From a virus (taxonomy: Duplodnaviria > Caudoviricetes), in IMG/VR virus record IMGVR_UViG_3300032216_001053, positions 1-30,741 of that record: a stretch of 30,741 nucleotides of DNA; one strand, 5' to 3'. A program made the position numbers and the translations under genes. Position 1 is the first letter of the stretch, and each line of letters begins with the position of its first letter. Positions 18,446 to 26,142 of the stretch are shown piece by piece. The notes below the pieces were generated by a model. That model did no database searches. It was not told where the DNA came from and saw only the letters and a list, made by a program, of their open reading frames with translations.

Positions 18446-18648
18446 TACTGCCCTCTTGGAGGAGGGCAGACCTAGCCTAAACTAGGTTGCCTTCACAATC
18501 TATGCCCACGTTGGTATCGATTGACCCGAAAGACTTTTCGTGCAAAGGGTTCTTTCTTCGCCACCCTTTTCTGATCTCTAATGCACTAACCCTAGTATCA
18601 GCAATAACTGTTTCACCCCTAGTGTTTTTCATCGCTGAATGAAACAGG
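18446..18648 (-). ncRNA. Structured leader or ncRNA upstream of HNH and primase-helicase
   Basis: Seven near-contiguous stems (+ coordinates): 18448-69, 18470-87, 18496-523, 18527-40, 18544-69, 18571-601, 18608-47; begins just after a promoter. Confidence 0.55.
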
Positions 18649-18653
18649 ATTCC

Positions 18654-18683
18654 ATGTTAATGAAGTTCGTATACTTTTTGCAA
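18654..18683 (-). promoter_or_regulatory. sigma70 promoter for the replication operon
   Basis: TTGCAA-N18-TAACAT on the - strand; same -10 as the early promoter. Confidence 0.6.
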
Positions 18684-18808
18684 GAAGTTTTGGTGCAAGC
18701 ATGGGTAAATCCTAATAAGAAAGTTTAAACATGTTTGCCACAGCCAGGCGCAGCGCTTCGCAGCCGGGCTAACAGCGTAAAGTTTAAACATCCATGTGCC
18801 ACGAGTCC

Positions 18809-18835
18809 AAAAAAAGAGGACACCGAAGTGTCCTC
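18809..18835 (-). terminator. Rho-independent terminator
   Basis: GAGGACAC-TTCG-GTGTCCTC-T7 on the - strand. Confidence 0.85.
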
Positions 18836-18954
18836 AAACCTAACCTAAAGGAAATACACATGAAACAATTCCATTATTAAATACTTTGTGTATAATTACA
18901 ACAACTTTCCTCAAGAATTAAGCCTCCTGATAAAGTTAGACCAGTAGGTCGGAG

Positions 18955-18983
18955 AGCCACCCTTAAAAAAGGTGGCTTTTTTT
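18955..18983. terminator. Terminator-like hairpin at the end of the rusA-like gene
   Basis: AGCCACC...GGTGGCT followed by a T run on +. Confidence 0.55.
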
Positions 18984-19341
18984 ATACCCTTGGAGACACT
19001 TCTATCTCGCAACGAGGGCTTTCCTTGTCCACTCCCATCCAGTAAATATGCTTTTCTTTTACCTGACGATCATTGGCATATGCCACGTCTTGCAACAGAT
19101 CTAGAATCAGACTTTCATCTAAATCAGGTCTGCGAGATGCGTACCAAATACGAATCGTTACCACCACGTCCCCAGAAAACATTTGTTGTTTCTGGTTATT
19201 TGCTTGAAGTTTAAACGCTTTAGCATACGACAATGCCTTTGCAGACTTGATAAACATTGACTTACCGCCCGCAAAGACTTGCCTACGTGAATTTGCTTTA
19301 CTGGCGGGTTCGCCAAATATTTTTAAGGATAGTGTTTGCAT
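18982..19341 (-). CDS. rusA: RusA-like Holliday junction resolvase
   Basis: GEPASKAN, RRPDLDES..LDLLQ...NDRQV, PRCEIEV; likely start ATG 19341. Confidence 0.8.
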   Translation of the reverse strand: MQTLSLKIFGEPASKANSRRQVFAGGKSMFIKSAKALSYAKAFKLQANNQKQQMFSGDVVVTIRIWYASRRPDLDESLILDLLQDVAYANDRQVKEKHIYWMGVDKESPRCEIEVSPRV

Positions 19342-19364
19342 TTTTAAAAAAGTTGTATTAGTAT
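19336..19364 (+). promoter_or_regulatory. sigma70 promoter for the recombination/middle operon
   Basis: TTGCAT-N17-TAGTAT, 30 nt before the TTG start at 19394. Confidence 0.65.
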
Positions 19365-19393
19365 TGAAGTTCGTATTAAAGAGGAGGCTTAAG

Positions 19394-20287
19394 TTGAAGA
19401 TTACCAATATACATAATGTACCCGAAACACTAGTGGCTCTTGCTAGTAGAGACTACTACACAAAGGGTGATTCTGACTATTCAGTTACAGAAATCATATC
19501 CCCGCCACGCATACAGAGGCTCAGGCGCAAGCATTACGCTGAGATTGAGCAAGATGTATCCGATATGCTTTGGATGCTCCTAGGCACTGCTCTGCACGTT
19601 GTAGCAGAACGCTCTGAAGTGGAGGGTCATACCAATGAAGAACGTCTATCCGTTGAGGTCAACGACATCATTCTCTCAGGTGCTATTGATTTGCAAAAGA
19701 ACGATGCAGATGGCATTACTATCACCGATTATAAGTTCACATCCGCATGGGCATTGATGCATGACAAGCCTGAGTGGGAGCAACAACAAAACATCTACAA
19801 GTATCTTGTTGAACGTGTCAAGAGAACTCCTGTCAAGGCTTTAAAGATCTGTGCTTTTGTGCGGGATTGGTCACGCAGAGAGGCAGATGTCAAGCCTAAC
19901 TATCCGCAATCTCAAATCCAAGTAATCGACATCCCGATGTGGACATTTGATCGTGTTGAGCATTTCATCAAAGAACGTATTGAGATGCATCGTGATTCTA
20001 AAGTGAGTGCTGATTGGAACGAGGAACTTCCATTGTGTACCGAAGAGGATCGTTGGGTACGTGAAACTAAATATGCAGTAAAGAAAGAGAATCGTAAAAC
20101 TGCGGTGCGTGTGTTTGATACACACGAAGAGGCTCAGGAATTACTTGCGGAGATGCCTGAGAAAGATAAAGCTTTTATTGAAATTAGAAAAGGTGAGGCA
20201 GTACGTTGTACAGGAAATTATTGCGGAGTATCGCAATGGTGTAGTCAGTATCAAGCAACATTAAAAAAGGAAATAGAAAATGGATAA
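19394..20287 (+). CDS. PD-(D/E)XK exonuclease (Cas4/RecB-like, Cys cluster)
   Basis: GTALH, E, SGAIDL, TDYK, Q..IY motifs; C-terminal RC...YC....WC; GAGGAGG RBS and TTG start. Confidence 0.88.
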   Translation: MKITNIHNVPETLVALASRDYYTKGDSDYSVTEIISPPRIQRLRRKHYAEIEQDVSDMLWMLLGTALHVVAERSEVEGHTNEERLSVEVNDIILSGAIDLQKNDADGITITDYKFTSAWALMHDKPEWEQQQNIYKYLVERVKRTPVKALKICAFVRDWSRREADVKPNYPQSQIQVIDIPMWTFDRVEHFIKERIEMHRDSKVSADWNEELPLCTEEDRWVRETKYAVKKENRKTAVRVFDTHEEAQELLAEMPEKDKAFIEIRKGEAVRCTGNYCGVSQWCSQYQATLKKEIENG

Positions 20288-20672
20288 TGAAATTAGAAGT
20301 TTTATAAAAATTGGTGCGGGCATAGCTTGCGTAGCAATTCTTGGTGTCGGTGGGTGTATGAGTGGTATGCCGATGTATAACGTCTACCATCAGAGGATGG
20401 AGGGCGAGGCTGAATTAGCTAAAGCAAATTATTCAAAACAAGTTGCAGTTCAAGAGGCTCATGCCAAGATGGAATCTGCCAAACTTTTAGCCGATGCCGA
20501 AGTGTTGAGAGCAGAGGGTGTTGCAAAAGCAAACAAAATTATTGGAGATTCACTTACTAACAATGAAGCTTACTTACGTTATTTGTTTGTCAACAATCTT
20601 GAACACACAAGTAATCAGGTTATCTATGTACCAACAGAAGCAAACCTACCCATTTTAGAAAGAAGAAAATGA
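20280..20672 (+). CDS. Membrane-anchored coiled-coil protein (SPFH C-terminus-like)
   Basis: N-terminal TM helix, AEGVAKANKII, VIYVPTE. Confidence 0.7.
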   Translation: MDNEIRSFIKIGAGIACVAILGVGGCMSGMPMYNVYHQRMEGEAELAKANYSKQVAVQEAHAKMESAKLLADAEVLRAEGVAKANKIIGDSLTNNEAYLRYLFVNNLEHTSNQVIYVPTEANLPILERRK

Positions 20673-21286
20673 AAGTGTATAAAAAACTAATTGATGCCCG
20701 CATTAAGTTGCAAGCAACAGAGTTGACCAAGTCAGGTCATAACAAGTTTGCGGGCTATAAGTACTTTGAGTTGGGAGACTTTCTCCCCGCAGTGCAATCA
20801 ATTTTCAACGAAGTGGGATTGATTGATGCTATATCTTTTACCGAAGATTTAGCGACTATGGTGGTCTATGATGTGGAAGATGGAAGTTCAGTTACCTTTA
20901 CTTCCCCTATGGGCACTGCGAACCTCAAAGGTTGTCATGAAGTTCAAAACATTGGTGCTTGCGAAACATATCAACGTAGGTATTTATATACCACTGCGCT
21001 TGCTATTGTTGAGCATGATGCCCTTGATGCGGTTACTGGATCTGCGCCAGTAGAAGTCAAACCAGTAGCAAAAATCGAACCAGTTCCTAAGAAGATAGAT
21101 GAGGATCTTGAGCCATTAGCCGAAGTATTGATCACCTTTGGTGAAACGTGCGAAGACTTAAAAGAATTGTCTAGCTTTTGGAAAAAGAATCAGGCGGGAA
21201 TCGACAGAATGAAGTCGCAGAAACCTGAGTTATTTAAAACAGTGCAAGATGCTTTTGCACAATATAAAGCTAAATTTAAGGAGTAA
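20669..21286 (+). CDS. erf: ERF-family ssDNA annealing protein
   Basis: KSGHNKFAGYKYFELGDFLP and QNIGACETYQRRY motifs. Confidence 0.88.
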   Translation: MKVYKKLIDARIKLQATELTKSGHNKFAGYKYFELGDFLPAVQSIFNEVGLIDAISFTEDLATMVVYDVEDGSSVTFTSPMGTANLKGCHEVQNIGACETYQRRYLYTTALAIVEHDALDAVTGSAPVEVKPVAKIEPVPKKIDEDLEPLAEVLITFGETCEDLKELSSFWKKNQAGIDRMKSQKPELFKTVQDAFAQYKAKFKE

Positions 21287-21289
21287 TAC

Positions 21290-21574
21290 ATGGCTTACGA
21301 TAAACCATACGAAGAAAAACCAAACACAGGATCATTCTTTGCTAACAAAACAAAAACCAATCCTAAAGCCCCTGATTATCGTGGCACAGTCACGTTGGAT
21401 CTAGGCGATTACGAAGTCATCAATAACACCATCAAAGTGGAGTTGGCGGGATGGAAACAAACATCCAAGGCGGGCAATACTTATTTGCAATTAAAAGCAC
21501 AAAAGCCAAGAGAGCAAGGTCAGGCACAACCACAACCTAAATCAGAGGATCTAGACGATGACATCCCCTTCTAA
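21290..21574 (+). CDS. Single-stranded DNA-binding protein
   Basis: NPKAPDYRG...LAGWK; acidic DDDIPF tail. Confidence 0.8.
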   Translation: MAYDKPYEEKPNTGSFFANKTKTNPKAPDYRGTVTLDLGDYEVINNTIKVELAGWKQTSKAGNTYLQLKAQKPREQGQAQPQPKSEDLDDDIPF

Positions 21575-21836
21575 ATTTCCATTAAAGAAAAGACGTGGTA
21601 GACCTTTGGGTTCTACAAACAAAAAGAAACCCGCAGCGGCACGTAAGTCGTTTAAACAGCCTAATGCCGCAGCACGGGAAGAAAAATTGTTGCAAGCCCA
21701 TATTGAATTAATGGTTAAAGCTAGTGATCTACGCAAAAACATTGCCAATCTTGAACACCAAGCAATTGGTTATCAAGCGGTGATTTCTTACCTTGAACAT
21801 CAATTGGAAAAAACAAATGAACGCTCTTCAGTTTGA
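21558..21836 (+). CDS. AT-hook-containing basic protein
   Basis: KKRRGRPLGSTNKKK plus a coiled coil. Confidence 0.7.
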   Translation: MTSPSKFPLKKRRGRPLGSTNKKKPAAARKSFKQPNAAAREEKLLQAHIELMVKASDLRKNIANLEHQAIGYQAVISYLEHQLEKTNERSSV

Positions 21837-22230
21837 GGCGATAAAGGTTGCTCTTAAGCAAGACAAAACTGGATTTGTTTTAACTCTGAATATCCACCCT
21901 GATGAGATCCCCGATGAACTAATGCGGGATTTTGTTGGGGCTAGGTATGGAGTTGCGATGGTTCGGATTGAGGACAACGAAACTGCCAAGCACTATGACA
22001 ATCGGGTTAAGCAAGCGGGCATCTTAGGTAAAACTAGGGTGTTCCATATTTGGCTTAATAAAATACATGGATTAGATATTGATGGCGAAGATGATGCGGT
22101 TGAAGCTATCCGCACGATCTGTGACATTGGCTCTCGCACTGAGTTAAACGGAAACAAGGTAGCACAACAAAAATTTGACAAGATGTTAGCGGAGTACGAA
22201 AAGTGGAGCGAAGAAGATGAGCCGTTTTAA
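21817..22230 (+). CDS. Conserved phage hypothetical protein
   Basis: QFEAIKVALKQDKTG...IHPDE...SRTELN. Confidence 0.75.
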   Translation: MNALQFEAIKVALKQDKTGFVLTLNIHPDEIPDELMRDFVGARYGVAMVRIEDNETAKHYDNRVKQAGILGKTRVFHIWLNKIHGLDIDGEDDAVEAIRTICDIGSRTELNGNKVAQQKFDKMLAEYEKWSEEDEPF

Positions 22231-22528
22231 AACTGTTGTACCACTCATGGTTTATGTTGATCCATCGGAAAGAACCAAGATTCAAAACTATGCAAAAAAA
22301 GAAAAGACCAACGTCAGTCAATTGGCGAGGGAAGCTTTCCGAATGCGTATGTCTGGTGGTGACGACCCATTTAACCAAGGATTTAATCATGGTTTAAACG
22401 AGGCATTAAGAATTATCAACAGCACGGATGGAGCAAAGTTAGCATTTCCATCGGGAAAAACTGTAGCGAAGTTATTAACCGATGAAATTGAAAACTTTTT
22501 ACGTGAAACTAAGGATGCAAAATCGTGA
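22217..22528 (+). CDS. Putative ribbon-helix-helix DNA-binding protein
   Basis: PLMVYV...KIQNYAKKEKTNVSQLAREAF pattern. Confidence 0.6.
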   Translation: MSRFKTVVPLMVYVDPSERTKIQNYAKKEKTNVSQLAREAFRMRMSGGDDPFNQGFNHGLNEALRIINSTDGAKLAFPSGKTVAKLLTDEIENFLRETKDAKS

Positions 22529-22722
22529 GCGATGAAGACTTTATTGATGCCTGTGCAATGTTAAGTTTGGTAGGAATTATTATCAGAGGAAACATTCTAT
22601 CTAACCACCATGAAGATGCAATGGAGGCTTATTCAAGGGCGCAAAAAATGTTGGAATATCGAAACATGAAAGATGAAGAAGGTATTGTGTCTATTAAAAA
22701 AAGAACGAGGAAAGCTAAATGA
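22525..22722 (+). CDS. Hypothetical protein
   Basis: GTGA overlap, AAGGA RBS. Confidence 0.65.
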   Translation: MSDEDFIDACAMLSLVGIIIRGNILSNHHEDAMEAYSRAQKMLEYRNMKDEEGIVSIKKRTRKAK

Positions 22723-23012
22723 AAAAAGTTTTATTTGTTTTAATGTTTTATGTATTGCAAACACAGGCACAAGTGCCTTGGAAAGACAATGCATATAACT
22801 ATGATGTAAGCCAATACAATCTTGCGAATACCACGTATGACTTTAACAACTCGCCTTACAACTTTAAGAACTCTGAGTACAACTACAACTCAACCAATGG
22901 GGTTTATGACAATGGTAAGCGTGTTGGTTACGAAGTTACCAATTCTTATGGGGTAACTAACGTGTTTGACAACAATGGCAACCGCATAGGACATACACGT
23001 GAACGTCATTGA
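22719..23012 (+). CDS. Secreted protein with YN/YD heptad repeats
   Basis: Signal peptide; repeated N-S-x-Y-N-F/Y units; DNNGNRIG. Confidence 0.7.
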   Translation: MKKVLFVLMFYVLQTQAQVPWKDNAYNYDVSQYNLANTTYDFNNSPYNFKNSEYNYNSTNGVYDNGKRVGYEVTNSYGVTNVFDNNGNRIGHTRERH

Positions 23013-23928
23013 GTTTGGCGATTGCCGACAAATTATGAGCAAATGGCGGGATGAAGGCATCAAGGTACAAACTTGTGTGACTTCTCCCCCTTACTTTGGA
23101 TTAAGGGACTATGGAAACAAAGGACAGATTGGACTTGAAGCTACTGTGGCAGAGTACGTTGATGCTATTGTGGATGTTTTTGACCATGTTTGGGATTTAC
23201 TTGATGATTCGGGTACTGTTTGGTTAAACCTTGGAGACAGTTATTACAACTATCGACCAGGAAAAGGGCAGTCGCTGGTTAAGCAAACTATTGCTAATAC
23301 TGAACAGGACTTACCGCAAAATTGCGCTAGACGTGGGAATAGGCAAGAGGGTTTGAAAGAAAAAGACTTGATTGGTATTCCTTGGCGGGTAGCATTTGCA
23401 TTGCAAGCCAAGGGATGGTATTTGCGCCAAGATATTATTTGGCACAAACCTAACCCCATGCCTGAGTCTGTGCGAGATAGGTGTACAAAAAACCATGAAT
23501 ATATTTTTTTATTATCTAAGAATTCTAAATATTATTTTGATAACGAGGCTATTAAAGAGCCAGTTAAAGAAGATTGGGGAACAAGAGATAGATCCGATGG
23601 CAAATACCACAACGAAGGATCGGGTCTTAGCCCCCATTCGGGACTAGAAAAGTCTTATGAAACGGCTAATAAGCGGTCTGTATGGACTGTTACTACTAAG
23701 CCTTTTAAAGGGGCACACTTTGCGGTATATCCCCCTGAGTTAATTGAGCCTTGCATTATGGCGGGTAGTCGGGTCGGTGACATAGTGCTTGATCCTTTTA
23801 TGGGATCTGGAACTACGGCTGCCGTTGCTCAACGTTTAAACAGGCTATACCTTGGCTGCGAGTTAAACGAAGATTACAAAGTGTTACAAAAAGAAAGACT
23901 TAAACAACCATCATTGGAGTTACTATGA
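22999..23928 (+). CDS. DNA methyltransferase, beta class (N4-cytosine or N6-adenine)
   Basis: TSPPY catalytic motif precedes LDPFMGSGTT SAM-binding motif; HFAVYP. Confidence 0.95.
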   Translation: MNVIEFGDCRQIMSKWRDEGIKVQTCVTSPPYFGLRDYGNKGQIGLEATVAEYVDAIVDVFDHVWDLLDDSGTVWLNLGDSYYNYRPGKGQSLVKQTIANTEQDLPQNCARRGNRQEGLKEKDLIGIPWRVAFALQAKGWYLRQDIIWHKPNPMPESVRDRCTKNHEYIFLLSKNSKYYFDNEAIKEPVKEDWGTRDRSDGKYHNEGSGLSPHSGLEKSYETANKRSVWTVTTKPFKGAHFAVYPPELIEPCIMAGSRVGDIVLDPFMGSGTTAAVAQRLNRLYLGCELNEDYKVLQKERLKQPSLELL

Positions 23929-24077
23929 AAGAAATTTTAGGGGCAGTTTGTGGGCTTTTGTATGAAATATTTTTATGGTTTGTACTTGTATTTGCATTTT
24001 TTATTGGGTTATTTTTAATGGGTGTTGCATCATCATTTCTTGTAAATGTTTTTATGGCAGGATTTAGAATGTTATGA
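23925..24077 (+). CDS. Small hydrophobic membrane protein (50 aa)
   Basis: MKEILGAVCGLLYEIFLWFVLVFAFFIGLFLMG...; ATGA overlaps at both ends. Confidence 0.65.
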   Translation: MKEILGAVCGLLYEIFLWFVLVFAFFIGLFLMGVASSFLVNVFMAGFRML

Positions 24078-24325
24078 AAGAAGAATTTTTGTTGTGGGCT
24101 AAAAGAAAAAAATTACTTGATGAAAAGAATGAGCAAGTTACTGATCATATGGTGCAATGGTTATGGCTTTCTTGGCAAACCGCATGGAATGCATCTACCA
24201 GCAGTCATAAAACTACTATAGATAAACTGCGAATGGAACGTGATGCATATAGCATTGAAGTGGATAAAATGTTGTATGAAAAACATTGCTTTGAAGCGTT
24301 AACTCAGCCAGAGGAGAAGTTATGA
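24074..24325 (+). CDS. Hypothetical protein
   Basis: WLSWQTAW motif; tightly packed. Confidence 0.65.
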   Translation: MKEEFLLWAKRKKLLDEKNEQVTDHMVQWLWLSWQTAWNASTSSHKTTIDKLRMERDAYSIEVDKMLYEKHCFEALTQPEEKL

Positions 24326-24486
24326 CAAAACCATTTTGTGTTGATTTAGAAAAATTTGCGGACAACTTTGAGGCTATTTTTGGTAAAAAGAAAAAAGCCA
24401 AAATAGAAAAACTTGATGATGGTGTTTATGTGGTAGAGGTTGTTAACAAGGAAAATGAAGATGAAAATATCAGTAAAGATAATTAA
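24322..24486 (+). CDS. Small protein (FADNFEAIFGKK)
   Basis: GAGGAG RBS; not in the ORF track. Confidence 0.6.
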   Translation: MTKPFCVDLEKFADNFEAIFGKKKKAKIEKLDDGVYVVEVVNKENEDENISKDN

Positions 24487-24706
24487 GGAGAATAAAGATG
24501 GATCAGCCAACGCTGAAGTTAACTTTGATAAACAAGGACTTGAAGTCCTCGTCCAATGGGGAATTGTTGCTATGCTTACCAAAGCAATTGATGAATACAA
24601 AGTTCGAGATGACGAAACTGAAACATCTATTCAACCCAAGCCTAGAATTCGGTCAACCAAAAAGAAGCCTTTGGCGAAAAAGGCAAAGAAAGCAAGTAAA
24701 AAATGA
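24455..24706 (+). CDS. Hypothetical protein with Lys-rich tail
   Basis: IKENKDGSA motif; AAGGA RBS. Confidence 0.7.
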   Translation: MKMKISVKIIKENKDGSANAEVNFDKQGLEVLVQWGIVAMLTKAIDEYKVRDDETETSIQPKPRIRSTKKKPLAKKAKKASKK

Positions 24707-25446
24707 TATTTAAATTTCCAAAAAAGAAAATTGTGCTTGATTGTTTTGTAGATTCTAAACTTTTGTTAGAAACAGCGCCAATTGAATTGGCTACAAAACA
24801 TATACCAGAATGGTGGCGGAAGTTACCAAAACAAGCATATGAAGGGGATGATTTTTTTCCTTATCCTACAATGAAAACTTGCGTTGGTCTTGTGGATTAC
24901 TATAGAAATTCTGTAGCGATACCTTTATGGTCAGACTTATATATAAAGGTAGATGGAACCCAATACCAATGGCAATTTGCTGATAGAAATACCAATGCAA
25001 CAATTCACCCTATTCAAAATCAGGCAAAAGGTTTTTTACCAAATCATGGTCATATGAAAATAGGCTCTCCTTGGTTTTTAAGAACAAAAGAAAATATCAA
25101 TTGGGTTTGGTCACAGCCTTTATATAATTTTAATGAAGATAATATAAATTTAAAAATAGTGCCAGGAATTCTTAATTATTTAAAGCAAGGAACAACCCAT
25201 GTAAATTTAGTATTAAAATTAAATGAACAAAAAATATATACTTTAAAACAAGGGCAAGTTTTAGTACATATAACCCCTATGACGGAAAATAAAATTCAAG
25301 TGGTTAGACATTTGGTTTCTAAAGAAGAAATTGAAAGACTTAGAGAAAACCAAGGGCGCATATCTTTTATAGAAAAATACAAAACAATTTCAAAACAAAA
25401 GCAAAAGTTTTCCGATTGTCCATTTCATAACCACATTGAAAAATAA
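24703..25446 (+). CDS. AT-rich hypothetical protein
   Basis: 247 aa; IPEWW...TMKTC...IPLWSD. Confidence 0.75.
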   Translation: MIFKFPKKKIVLDCFVDSKLLLETAPIELATKHIPEWWRKLPKQAYEGDDFFPYPTMKTCVGLVDYYRNSVAIPLWSDLYIKVDGTQYQWQFADRNTNATIHPIQNQAKGFLPNHGHMKIGSPWFLRTKENINWVWSQPLYNFNEDNINLKIVPGILNYLKQGTTHVNLVLKLNEQKIYTLKQGQVLVHITPMTENKIQVVRHLVSKEEIERLRENQGRISFIEKYKTISKQKQKFSDCPFHNHIEK

Positions 25447-25607
25447 AAGAAAATGAAATTTTTTGCTATTGTAGGGTTTACCCTATTTCTTATTGCTTTT
25501 TTTAATCTTATATATGTTGGGGTTGAAATGTTTATGAAAGAGCCTGTTTATCTTTGCTCTGAAGTAACCAAGAAAGATCCCATTAATGTTCAAAGGAAAT
25601 GTAAGAA

Positions 25608-25817
25608 ATGACTTGGAATTTGCGTTTAGTAAAAATGGAATCAGAATTTCCTGATGATGAGTACATTGAAATTCGAGAAGTTTATTATGACCAAGTGGGT
25701 AAACCTTTAGGTCATTGTCCCGCAACCATAGGCGGTGAAAACATTGCTGAAATTAGGCAATACATTGAATGGGCAATAGATTGTTTAGATAAACCAGTAT
25801 TAACTTTTAGAGATTAA
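25608..25817 (+). CDS. Hypothetical protein
   Basis: MTWNLRL...IREVYYD...LDKPVL. Confidence 0.75.
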   Translation: MTWNLRLVKMESEFPDDEYIEIREVYYDQVGKPLGHCPATIGGENIAEIRQYIEWAIDCLDKPVLTFRD

Positions 25818-25818
25818 C

Positions 25819-26142
25819 ATGACAACTTTTACAACTGAAGATCGTTTAAATGCAGAAACACTTAAAGAAATTGCTGCGTCACTTTTTAATACCGACAAGC
25901 TAACTAAGAAACAACAGAAACAATGTCATCCCAATAACACTCCTTACACGACATCTACTGGGATTCAAATTGGAAAGTATTATCAAAAGCCTAAGTATGT
26001 AGAGCAAGATCCTGACATGCTTAGATTGCAGTCTTATTTAATTTATGATCCTGATAGATTAAAAAAAGAATATTGGTTAAATGTTGCGTATAGATTTGCA
26101 GTGGGTTGTATTCTTTTAATTCTTATATTGGCAAACAAATGA
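25819..26142 (+). CDS. Hypothetical protein with C-terminal TM segment
   Basis: MTTFTTEDR start; PYTTSTGIQIG. Confidence 0.7.
   Translation: MTTFTTEDRLNAETLKEIAASLFNTDKLTKKQQKQCHPNNTPYTTSTGIQIGKYYQKPKYVEQDPDMLRLQSYLIYDPDRLKKEYWLNVAYRFAVGCILLILILANK

Noticed and set aside
19394-20287. Cas4 implying a CRISPR locus
   Set aside because: No repeat-spacer array or other cas genes seen; ERF and SSB neighbours indicate a recombination exonuclease.
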